Positions 26,267 through 34,456 of a DNA stretch of 64,000 nt are shown piece by piece; position 1 is the first letter of the stretch, and each line of letters starts with the position of its first letter. The stretch is from the IMG/VR virus record IMGVR_UViG_3300046459_000427, positions 40,854 to 104,853 of that record; one strand, 5' to 3'. Source of the stretch: a virus. The notes beneath the pieces are model-generated. The model saw only the letters and a list, made by a program, of their open reading frames with translations, had not been told where the DNA came from and ran no database searches. Both the position numbers and the translations under genes were made by a program.

Positions 26267-26511
26267 CAGGTTCGCTCCGCGTCCGCGCGGAGCCAGATAT
26301 GAAGCCGGTTGCCCCGGACCTCGCGCCGGTCGCTGTAGCGGAAGGGCCGGAAGCCGAGGCTCTTGGCGCGGGCCCAGGCCAGTCGCTTCAGCAGGCTGAC
26401 GGTGTGCTGCTGTTCGGGGAACCGTCCGGTCGCCGTACCCGGGATCTCGTCTTTGTAGACAACTGACAAAACCTCGTCCTCGAAGGGGAGGACCATCTGC
26501 TCATGCTGCAC
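26266..26511 (-). CDS. Hypothetical protein
   Basis: 81 aa, operon packing. Confidence 0.65.
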   Translation of the reverse strand: MQHEQMVLPFEDEVLSVVYKDEIPGTATGRFPEQQHTVSLLKRLAWARAKSLGFRPFRYSDRREVRGNRLHIWLRADAERT

Positions 26512-27160
26512 GGCGGTCTCCTCCGACGATCGTGAGGTGGGTGAAGGCCTCCTGGATGAAGGAGCCCATCGTGGGGTTGTAGACGGCGCCCCACTCCCGG
26601 GGCGGGAGGTTCGAGGTCACCAGGGTGGGCAGGGCCTCGCGGTGGCGCTGGCGCAGGAGGGTGTCGAGCAGGCCCTCGGCGTAGCCGGTCTTGGTGCGGT
26701 GCTCCTTGCCGACGTCGTCCAGGAGGAGGACGGGGGCCTTCTCGGCCGCGACGATCTTGTCCTGGATCTCCCACCAGCGGGCGACGGCTTCGGGCTCGTG
26801 CCGGTCCTGGAGGCCCATCTTCTCGATGGAGTCCTTCACGAAGTCGGCGTAGGCCAGCCAGTGGACCGGCAGGCGCTTCTCGAAGTAGACGTCCAGCAGC
26901 GTGGCGGTGGCCAGGGAGGTCTTGCCGGTGCCGGGCGGGCCGACGAACAGCAGCCCCTTGCCGATGGCGCTCCAGTCCTCGGGGTACTGGTCGAGCGGGC
27001 GCTTGTCGGTGACGTAGTGGTCGCGCAGGTCGTCGAGCCAGGTCTGGCAGACGGCGCGCTGCGGGGCGTCTCCCAGGGCCTTGAGCCGCAGGTGGCGGTA
27101 GTGCGCCGGGATGCCGTACTCCTTCAGCCGCAAGGCGTGGACGCGGGGGTCTGTCGCCAT
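26501..27160 (-). CDS. DnaC/IstB-like AAA+ helicase loader
   Basis: GLLFVGPPGTGKT, LLLDDVGKE, RQR, TLVTSNL; start ATG 27160 with GGAGG. Confidence 0.9.
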   Translation of the reverse strand: MATDPRVHALRLKEYGIPAHYRHLRLKALGDAPQRAVCQTWLDDLRDHYVTDKRPLDQYPEDWSAIGKGLLFVGPPGTGKTSLATATLLDVYFEKRLPVHWLAYADFVKDSIEKMGLQDRHEPEAVARWWEIQDKIVAAEKAPVLLLDDVGKEHRTKTGYAEGLLDTLLRQRHREALPTLVTSNLPPREWGAVYNPTMGSFIQEAFTHLTIVGGDRRAA

Positions 27161-27243
27161 GGTGGGTACCTCCTGTGGTGGTGGGTCAACGCTCAGCAGG
27201 CTACCACAGTTATTGCTTCTTGAATACGGCTTCGGAACGAGTA

Positions 27244-27273
27244 AGGGGCGGACCGCCGTAGCAGCCCGCCCCT
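27244..27273 (-). terminator. Hairpin downstream of initiator gene
   Basis: AGGGGCGG...CCGCCCCT inverted repeat. Confidence 0.5.
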
Positions 27274-27282
27274 GTAGGTCGG

Positions 27283-28290
27283 TCAGGACCAGTAGTCCTC
27301 GTTGAACCGGTTGTCTTCCATCGCGCTGGCGGCCTTGCCCAGCCTCTGGGCCAGCAGCCCACGGGCGGCCAGGAAGTCCTTCCAGGCGACCACGTTGTCC
27401 GAGCGCTGCCAGGACGACGACCAGTAGGTGATGATCATCTGCCGGATCTCGTCCCGCTCCATGCCCTGCGCCATCCACCGGCCGAAGTTGCCGGTGAGCG
27501 CCGAGAGGTTGGTCGTTCCGGGTACCGGATGGCCGACCTCCTGGGCTCTCTTGTCGAAGAACAGCGCCAGTTCCTCTGAAGGCCTCTGGGAGCGCTTCTT
27601 GGGAGGCCGCCGGACCGGAGGGGCCGGGGAGTCCTCCGAGGCCGGGAGATCGCCGTAGAGAGTGAACGACGGGGTGTTCTCTTCCAGAGCCTGCGAGACC
27701 ACGTAGGCCGGGTCGAGTTCCATCTCCGCCTGAGCCTGCTCCTCGGCCACCTGCTTCCGGGACTTCTTCCGGCCGCCACGCTTAGGTGCCGCGACCGCTC
27801 CCCAGCCCTTGGCTCCCGGCCTGGTCACAGGTTCCTCTTCCAGGGCGTCGCCCTGGAGATACGAAGTATCTCTATTACTTCTAGTAGGGATATTGGGGTT
27901 GGATGAAAGATCTGCACCCTGCAAATTTTGCAGGGGGGTCTTGTCCTGATTTGGACCATGCAAATTCTGCATGTCAACTACTCCCGCAACCGGCGCTTCG
28001 AGCCACTCCTCCACGGGGCGAATCCTGCGGACCACGGACGCGTACAGCGCGGCCTCGGGCGGCGCTTCTGCCTTCGGCACGGCCTCGATGATGCTCCGCT
28101 TCTCCAGGTTCCGCAGACAGTTGTAGACGCTGCGTTCGGACATGCGGGTGCGCTTGGCCAGGGTCTTGACGGACTCCCACATCATGCGGTGGTCGTCTCC
28201 TGCCGCGTCTGCGATACGCAGCAGCACCAGCAGGTCTCCATTGCCGACGGGGGCGTACTGCCACACCTCGGACATGATCAGGATGCTCAC
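27283..28290 (-). CDS. Replication initiator with N-terminal winged HTH
   Basis: LLVLLRIADAA...SVKTLAKRTRMSERSVYNCLRNLEK (HTH_36-like); lies upstream of the DnaC-like and DnaB genes as in lambdoid O-P modules. Confidence 0.8.
   Translation of the reverse strand: MSILIMSEVWQYAPVGNGDLLVLLRIADAAGDDHRMMWESVKTLAKRTRMSERSVYNCLRNLEKRSIIEAVPKAEAPPEAALYASVVRRIRPVEEWLEAPVAGVVDMQNLHGPNQDKTPLQNLQGADLSSNPNIPTRSNRDTSYLQGDALEEEPVTRPGAKGWGAVAAPKRGGRKKSRKQVAEEQAQAEMELDPAYVVSQALEENTPSFTLYGDLPASEDSPAPPVRRPPKKRSQRPSEELALFFDKRAQEVGHPVPGTTNLSALTGNFGRWMAQGMERDEIRQMIITYWSSSWQRSDNVVAWKDFLAARGLLAQRLGKAASAMEDNRFNEDYWS
27850..27975. other. Putative replication origin inside the initiator gene
   Basis: AT-rich patch plus two near-palindromes CTGCAAATTTTGCAG (27919) and ATGCAAATTCTGCAT (27958). 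Confidence 0.55.
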
Positions 28291-28334
28291 TCGGCGGCTC
28301 CGAGCAAGCGATAAGTATGAAGCGATATCCCCAT
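28287..28334 (-). CDS. Putative leader mini-ORF MGISLHTYRLLGAAE coupled to the initiator
   Basis: ATG 28334; TGA overlaps initiator GTG (GTGA); contains the CTTCATACT motif. Confidence 0.45.
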   Translation of the reverse strand: MGISLHTYRLLGAAE

Positions 28335-28385
28335 GCTAGGGTCTCTCTCATCTCGGGGTTTGTGGTGGGCCTCGGGGTGTGGTGG

Positions 28386-28445
28386 GCAAAGGCCCCCGGC
28401 AGTGGCTTGAAGGTCTTGAACCTCGCCAGCGCCGGGGGCCTTTGC
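28386..28445 (-). terminator. Long hairpin / terminator
   Basis: GCAAAGGCCCCCGGC-N30-GCCGGGGGCCTTTGC perfect 15-bp arms directly after the 28451 stop. Confidence 0.65.
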
Positions 28446-28450
28446 GTTAC

Positions 28451-29680
28451 TCACTCCGTGTCGAAGTCGAGGCCCTTCTCCTCGATCTCCGCCCGGGTCA
28501 GGTGGACGACCTTCTGTCCGGCCGGTATCCGGCCACGGCCGCGACGGCTGTAGTTGCCCTTGTCGTCGACCAGGAATGCGAACGTCTTGGACTCGTCGCG
28601 CGGACGGCCACGGCGGCGCGGCTTGTCCCCGGACTCCTGCTCCTCGGACTGCTCGGGCTTCTTCGCTTCCTCGTCGTGGACCTTGTCGGCCACGATATGA
28701 AGCGCCTTGGCGAGCAGTTCCGTCAGCGGGCGCTCACGCACCTCGTCGGACTGGTTGGCCAGCGCGTTGCGCTCGTCCTCCAGGCGGAGGTACTTGTAGG
28801 CACCCTCCAAAGCGGAGCCGATGAGCAGCAGGTCGATCTCCGGTTCGGCGACCGGCTTGGTCTCCCGCTGGGCCTTCTGTGCGGCCTGGTTGACCTGACG
28901 CTCCAGGTCCTCGTCCTTCTCCTGCTCCGCGATGTCCTGCTCGACCGGGTCCGCCTCGGGCTCCGGCTCGGGCTGGGTCTTGCGGCGCGAGCGGCCACGC
29001 TTCGGCTCTTCGGGCTCCGGCTGCGGTTCCGGCTTCGGTTCGGGCTTGACCTCGTCGTCCTCGGTCAGCGGCTCCTCTTCCACCTCGACCGGCTCGGGCT
29101 CGGCGCGGCGACCGCGACGGCGGCCACGCTTCGGCGCCTCCGGCTCGGGCTCCGGCTCCGGCTCGGGAGCGGGGGCAGCCTCGGGCTCGCTGGCGAAGGA
29201 GATGTCGTCGAGTCCGGCGGTGAGGTCCTTGGCCTTGATCCCGGCGGCCTCGGCCGCGTCGAGGAGGAGTTCGGCTTCCTCGCTGCCCTCGTCGCCCCAC
29301 AGGAGGATGACGTGGGCGTCGCCCTGGGTGTCGGCGTTCTTCAGCAGGTCGACGATCCCGGCGGTGACGTTGGCCGTGCGTACGACTTCTTCGGCGTCCT
29401 TGAGGATGCTGTCCACGGCACGGCTCTTCTCGCCGTCGGTGACCGCGATGAACGGGATGTCCGCGTACTCCGACCACTCCAGCACGGCCTCCAGGCCGTC
29501 GGACAGGTGCTTCTTGGTGATCGGGAGGATGAGGGTGACTTCGCGCTCGGTGGGCTCGGGGAAGCCGTCGGCGTCGTCCTCGCCGAGGCCCACGAAGTCG
29601 TTCAGCAGGCCCTTGATGTTGTCGATGTCGGTGTCGGCGGAGCCAGCGAAGGCAAGGGCGATGGGGTCGATGCTGCTCAA
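28451..29680 (-). CDS. Acidic Pro/Glu-rich protein with AT-hook-like RGRPR/RGRGR motifs
   Basis: Start TTG 29680 with AGGAG; EPEPEP and KRGRRR repeats; RRRGRPR. Confidence 0.75.
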   Translation of the reverse strand: MSSIDPIALAFAGSADTDIDNIKGLLNDFVGLGEDDADGFPEPTEREVTLILPITKKHLSDGLEAVLEWSEYADIPFIAVTDGEKSRAVDSILKDAEEVVRTANVTAGIVDLLKNADTQGDAHVILLWGDEGSEEAELLLDAAEAAGIKAKDLTAGLDDISFASEPEAAPAPEPEPEPEPEAPKRGRRRGRRAEPEPVEVEEEPLTEDDEVKPEPKPEPQPEPEEPKRGRSRRKTQPEPEPEADPVEQDIAEQEKDEDLERQVNQAAQKAQRETKPVAEPEIDLLLIGSALEGAYKYLRLEDERNALANQSDEVRERPLTELLAKALHIVADKVHDEEAKKPEQSEEQESGDKPRRRGRPRDESKTFAFLVDDKGNYSRRGRGRIPAGQKVVHLTRAEIEEKGLDFDTE

Positions 29681-29801
29681 GTCTGCTCCTGGTGTGGTGT
29701 GTTTGCCGCCTCGATCGGCGACGAGGAAGACGTTACCGGTTACGGCTTCTAAAAGCAAGAAATCCCCGCTTGTCTAGCGAGGATTTCAAGTGGCTTGACA
29801 A

Positions 29802-30086
29802 TCAGGGCAGGTCAGGAACCCGCCTGCCGGTGGCCGGGTGCCGTCGGGGAAGCCGCAGCGGTGGGGCCTCCGTCCCCCCGCGCACCTGGAGATGCAGCCA
29901 CGCCACCGCTCCGGCAGCCGCCACGGCCGCGAGCCACGGCACGGGAAGCCGCTGGGCCTCGTAGGCCAGGCCGACCACCGCGAGCGGCTGGAGACCGGCA
30001 GGCAGGGAGAAGGGCAGGACCACCAGCAGCCACTCCCACGCGGTGAACGTGGCGAGGGCGATCAGCACGAAACGCAGCCAGTCCAT
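29802..30086 (-). CDS. Membrane protein (possible lysis accessory)
   Basis: 2-3 hydrophobic segments; follows holin. Confidence 0.65.
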   Translation of the reverse strand: MDWLRFVLIALATFTAWEWLLVVLPFSLPAGLQPLAVVGLAYEAQRLPVPWLAAVAAAGAVAWLHLQVRGGTEAPPLRLPRRHPATGRRVPDLP

Positions 30087-30089
30087 GAC

Positions 30090-30587
30090 TCAGACCGTCC
30101 TCGTGCCGAGTCCGCCGACCTTCGGCAGCACCGTGGTCGGTGGCGCCGGGTGCGCGGTGCGCAGCAGGACACCCTCCAGGGCCGTGACGATCTGCTGGAC
30201 GGCTTCGGGGCTCAAGGTGCTGGTAGGGGCGGTGACAGCCTCTTCGGTGTACTCCTCGACCGTCCCCGCCGGGATATGAAGCCGGGCCTCCGCCTCGGCG
30301 ACCAGCGTGTTCTGGAGCCGGGCGAACCAGGAGTACTTCTTCAGCAACGAGTGGTAGAAGGTCGTGCCCGACACCCAGGCCAGGAACGCCGCGACGACCG
30401 CTGGCGCCCAGTAGAAGTGCTCGGGGTGGGCCTGGTAGACGGCCCAGAAACCCGTGGCGACCGCGAGGACGGCATGTGCCGCGCCCTTGACCGTGCTGTT
30501 GGTGGACGGCTTGGAGAACAGGGCGACCACGGCCGGTAGGCCAAGGCCGACGACGAGGGATGACACGTCGGCGTAGTTGGTGAACAT
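30090..30587 (-). CDS. Putative holin
   Basis: Three TM segments in the first 80 aa (GLGLPAVVAL...KGAAHAVLAV...), actinophage holin-like; at end of tail operon. Confidence 0.7.
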   Translation of the reverse strand: MFTNYADVSSLVVGLGLPAVVALFSKPSTNSTVKGAAHAVLAVATGFWAVYQAHPEHFYWAPAVVAAFLAWVSGTTFYHSLLKKYSWFARLQNTLVAEAEARLHIPAGTVEEYTEEAVTAPTSTLSPEAVQQIVTALEGVLLRTAHPAPPTTVLPKVGGLGTRTV

Positions 30588-30610
30588 GCTTGTCCTTTAC
30601 GGGTTCGCGG

Positions 30611-31834
30611 TTACTGGGTGGGAAGTACGGCAAATTGGGGAAGCGCGGCACTGATTCCCAAAGGCGTATTCTCGTCGAGCAGCGTGCGGATGAGGTAACT
30701 CCGCTCGACCCGGTTCTCGTAGTAGTAGGAGCGGGACAGGTTCGTCGTACCGCCGGTCTCCCACAGGTAGTCCGCGCCCATCGAGCCGTCGAAGTACGGG
30801 CGGACGGTGTCACCTTCCTCGACGAGGACGCCGTCGATCCAGTAGACGCTGGGCTGGTTGGGCGTCATCTTGTCGTAGGGGACGCTGAAGCCCATCCACA
30901 CCGTGTCGATGTTGGCGGTGAAGGTGACCCACAGGCGCCGCCAGCGCTTGTTGCGCGGGTCCGGCGTGGCGGTGTCGAAGGTGTTGCGGTCCACCAGCGT
31001 GGAGCTGGACCCGGACGTCCACGCGTAGGTACGCCCGCAGTACTGCGCCTGGTAGGCGTACGCGCTCATGGTGTAGCGGCGGCCGGGGATCAGGCCGGTG
31101 ACCTTGAAGTTGAATCCCCCGTTGACACCTTGCAGGTTTGCCGGGACGGTCACCTTGCAGGACTGTGTACCGCCCCAGTGGACAGAGTCGGCCGCTACGG
31201 TCGCGGTGTTGAGGACGCTCATCCCCGAGACGCCGCTCTCGAAGTTCGGGTTGGGGGCGTAGTTGAGCCGGGTCGGTTTGATGATGACGTTGATCGTGCG
31301 CGCGTTCTGGTAGGCGCTCGGTCCCGTCGCGGCCAGCGGCAGCGGCTCGAACTGCACCGCGTCGAGGATCTGGTGCTTGTTCGCCGACATGTTGTTGAAC
31401 TTGAACCCTACAGCCGCGTAGGCGGCCCTCTTCCAGGCGTAGCCGCCCCCGGAGACCAGGTAGCTCCCCGGGCCGGTGAACGCGGCGTACGGGCGCGTGT
31501 AGGTGCCCGTAGCGCCCGAGGTGAGGGCGCCGCTGGTGATGCCGATGCGGGCCATGGCCGGGTCGACACCGAGGTAGGGGTAGTGCGCGAAGTCCTTGAA
31601 CGCTGCGGCCGGTGACTTGACGCCCGCCTTGAGGTGGCCCTGTACCACCATCTGCCCGGCCTGCGGCTGGAGCGGACCGGAGCGCGGGATCTTGATGACC
31701 ATGCTGCCCTGGATGCTGGCGTCGCCGGTCAGGGTTGGCGCGTACGTCCTGAACTGCTTGATGACGACGCTGCCGGAGACCCCGAAGACGGGTGCGAAGT
31801 CGTCATCGTTCACGAAGATGATGTTGTTCGGCAT
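30611..31834 (-). CDS. Minor tail protein with carbohydrate-binding (CBM4/9-like) domain
   Basis: NYAPNPNFE...YTMSAY...IDGVLVEEG..PYFDGS. Confidence 0.75.
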   Translation of the reverse strand: MPNNIIFVNDDDFAPVFGVSGSVVIKQFRTYAPTLTGDASIQGSMVIKIPRSGPLQPQAGQMVVQGHLKAGVKSPAAAFKDFAHYPYLGVDPAMARIGITSGALTSGATGTYTRPYAAFTGPGSYLVSGGGYAWKRAAYAAVGFKFNNMSANKHQILDAVQFEPLPLAATGPSAYQNARTINVIIKPTRLNYAPNPNFESGVSGMSVLNTATVAADSVHWGGTQSCKVTVPANLQGVNGGFNFKVTGLIPGRRYTMSAYAYQAQYCGRTYAWTSGSSSTLVDRNTFDTATPDPRNKRWRRLWVTFTANIDTVWMGFSVPYDKMTPNQPSVYWIDGVLVEEGDTVRPYFDGSMGADYLWETGGTTNLSRSYYYENRVERSYLIRTLLDENTPLGISAALPQFAVLPTQ

Positions 31835-33816
31835 CAGGTGACCGCCATTCCGACCTTGGTGGCGGTGCTGAGGTTCGAGTCAGTGATCGAGAGCACCTGG
31901 GTTCCGTTCCTTTTCACGATGATGTTCGCGCCGGAGTACGCGGCGGTGATCCGGTCACCGTCGGCGAAGGTCTGCGAGTAGGGGAAGGTCGACGCAACCG
32001 CGCCGGAGGCCACGCGGTACAGCGCGGTGCGCCCGGCCCGCCAGTAGTTGGAGGCGTCCTGGAGCCGGAAGACGACACCCTGCTTGAGGGTGTTGCCGGG
32101 GTTGGTCAGGAACGTCGCCGACACAGTGCCGTCCGCATGGCCGGGGATGGTCGCGATGGAGGCCGTGGCTCCCACTGGGTAGGCGGAGCCGCCCCCATAG
32201 CCGCCGGAGGTCCACTGCCCCAGCGTCTCGGTCCACGAGGCCGCACCGTAGTCCGTGGTGCGGGTGGTCCAGTCGGCCCAGCCCTGGGTGAAGGAGTCGA
32301 AGACGTTGTAGGCGGGGAGCGCGTCGGAGTACAGAGCGGTGATCAGCGCGCCGTGGTCGTCGTAGTACTCGACGAACGGGTACACCGCGACCTGCTCGCC
32401 GGAGTAGGCCTGTGCGTAGCCGGACAGGCACATCTGGACACGCTCGTCATACGCGAGCGGCTGCCACTGTGTGTTCGCGGTTGCCGTGGCTGGCGGGGAG
32501 ACGTTGATGCTCGTCGTGAGGGCCCGATAGGTGCGGCCGTGGAACAGCACCAGGTCACCGGGCTGGTAGTAGACGTCGTTGTCCCAGTCCTGGTAGGCGT
32601 ACGGGAGCGGGATGCCCCACAGCACGGGCTGCTGGGGGTCCATCGAGGACTGGCCGGAGACGCGTCCCACCGAACGCACGGCCATCGTGGCGACCGAGCT
32701 GCCGGAGTTGGTGTTGCGGACCCACAGGGCGTTCCCGGCCTTGTCGTCGGGGTTGGTCGGGTTCTGCACGCCGATGCCCACCAGGACGCCGTTACTGCCC
32801 GGGGAGACGCCCGTGGTGAAGGAGATCTCCTCCCACCCCGCCACGTGCCCGTTGCTGTCTACGAGGGTCGTGTCGGTGCCGTAGGTGACGGCGTTCCAGT
32901 AGGTGTTGTTCGTGGCCGTGCCGGAGGGCTTCTGCGCCGTGCCGTAGGCGCCGCTGCTGTTGGCCTTGTAGAGGTAGGTACCGAACGCGACGATCTCGCC
33001 GGAGGCGTAGTTCACGCCGGAGTCCCACTGCGGGAACGTGGGGTGGTCGAAGTCTGCCTGGTCGTCGGACAGCATGAGGTTGCTGCCCAGACTCAGGTCG
33101 GCGTCGTAGCCGGTGGTCTCGGAGATGATCGAGCGGATCTGCTCCAGGGTGCCCTTCTGCCGCCCGAGGGTGGCCGCGTCCCGCACGCGCTGGCGGAAAA
33201 GGTACGCGGGTGTGGATGCTTCGTACTGGATACCGAACTGCTCAGCGATCTGCGCGACGTTCTCGTAGCGCGTGTGCATGGCGTCGTTGGTGTACCGGTT
33301 GGAGTCGTAGTAGCTCTTCACCATGTCGAAGCCGAAGCCGAAGATGGCGAGGAACGGCGCGAGGTAGGGGTTGAGCGTGTTGGAGTCGTCGGTGACGTTG
33401 TTGCCGGGGGCGACGTCGACCTTGTAGTAGTCGGGGACCAGCGAGTAGAGCAGGTCGGTGTAGCCGTTGTCCTTCGGCATGAGGGTGGAAACGGTGCCTG
33501 CACGGCTCCACAGGCCGGAAGCCTTGATGAAGATGGTGTAGTACAGCCAGTGTCCCCCGACAACTCCCTTGTCGATGAAGGAAGTTGCGGTGTGCGTCTG
33601 GTCGAGGAGGATCTCACCGTCGTTCTCGTTCACCGCCCAGCCGTAGCGGTTGCGGATCAGCCGCAGGGTGTCCCAGGACCCGGCCGGTGCCTTCCAGTCC
33701 AGGAGCACGGTGGAGTAGTCCACGGGCATGGCTGTGAACGGGCTGACGTCGAACTCGGGATGGACGTCCGTCCCGTACTTCGAAAGCCCGTAGAAGTTGA
33801 TTCCGTAGGTCGCCAC
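31834..33816 (-). CDS. Baseplate wedge / tail protein I-like with two CBM5/12-like repeats
   Basis: LYSLVPDYY...KGTLEQI; WDSGVNYASGEIVAFGTYLYKA and WDNDVYYQPGDLVLFHGRTYRA. Confidence 0.75.
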   Translation of the reverse strand: MATYGINFYGLSKYGTDVHPEFDVSPFTAMPVDYSTVLLDWKAPAGSWDTLRLIRNRYGWAVNENDGEILLDQTHTATSFIDKGVVGGHWLYYTIFIKASGLWSRAGTVSTLMPKDNGYTDLLYSLVPDYYKVDVAPGNNVTDDSNTLNPYLAPFLAIFGFGFDMVKSYYDSNRYTNDAMHTRYENVAQIAEQFGIQYEASTPAYLFRQRVRDAATLGRQKGTLEQIRSIISETTGYDADLSLGSNLMLSDDQADFDHPTFPQWDSGVNYASGEIVAFGTYLYKANSSGAYGTAQKPSGTATNNTYWNAVTYGTDTTLVDSNGHVAGWEEISFTTGVSPGSNGVLVGIGVQNPTNPDDKAGNALWVRNTNSGSSVATMAVRSVGRVSGQSSMDPQQPVLWGIPLPYAYQDWDNDVYYQPGDLVLFHGRTYRALTTSINVSPPATATANTQWQPLAYDERVQMCLSGYAQAYSGEQVAVYPFVEYYDDHGALITALYSDALPAYNVFDSFTQGWADWTTRTTDYGAASWTETLGQWTSGGYGGGSAYPVGATASIATIPGHADGTVSATFLTNPGNTLKQGVVFRLQDASNYWRAGRTALYRVASGAVASTFPYSQTFADGDRITAAYSGANIIVKRNGTQVLSITDSNLSTATKVGMAVT

Positions 33817-33820
33817 GGGA

Positions 33821-34456
33821 TCAGGCCTCCCGCAGCATCGCTGCGCTCAGTTGCAGACTCTGGAGCGAGAGCGTCTTGCCCTTGAGCGGGTGGAAGACAG
33901 ACAGGTCGATGGTCTTGCCTGCGGAGACCCACCCCTGCCAGCCGATGTGCATGTGGCTGTTGCCATCGGAGATCGGCGGGAGGTCCTGGGACATGATCGT
34001 CGACTTGTTGACCGCGATGTTGATCTGCCGGTCGGCGCCGGTCGCGAGGGAGCCCTTGGCGTTGAACCACATCACGCGGCCGAAGACGATCCACCAGCCG
34101 GTGCGGTTGGCAGTGATCGAGTGCCCGTTGAACAGCCCCTCGGGGTCGGACGCGGCGGCAGGCTTCGCGAAGGTGATGTACTTCGTCGCGTCGCCCTTGA
34201 CGGAGTCGGCCGACTTGGAGAGATAGCAGGCTGGCAGGCCCTTGCCCCGCTGGATCGAGTCGAGCCGGGAGGCGACGGAGGCCCAGGAGTTGGTCTTCAT
34301 CTTCAGCGCCGTGTCCTGGTGCGGGTTGATGCCCAGGGTCTGCTGAATGGCCACGACCTCGTCCTGGAGGTTGTTCACGTGGCTGGCGTCGATGTCCTCG
34401 ACGAGGTTCTTGTGGACGGTGAACGACTTGTACTGGTGTGGGTAGACGGCGGCCAT
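33821..34456 (-). CDS. Minor tail/fibre protein
   Basis: Start ATG 34456; DASHVNNLQDEVVAIQQTLG coiled segment plus beta-rich C-terminus. Confidence 0.7.
   Translation of the reverse strand: MAAVYPHQYKSFTVHKNLVEDIDASHVNNLQDEVVAIQQTLGINPHQDTALKMKTNSWASVASRLDSIQRGKGLPACYLSKSADSVKGDATKYITFAKPAAASDPEGLFNGHSITANRTGWWIVFGRVMWFNAKGSLATGADRQINIAVNKSTIMSQDLPPISDGNSHMHIGWQGWVSAGKTIDLSVFHPLKGKTLSLQSLQLSAAMLREA

Noticed and set aside
26501-27160. IS21 element (IstB-like ATPase)
   Set aside because: No IstA transposase or terminal inverted repeats; context (initiator, DnaB) indicates a helicase loader
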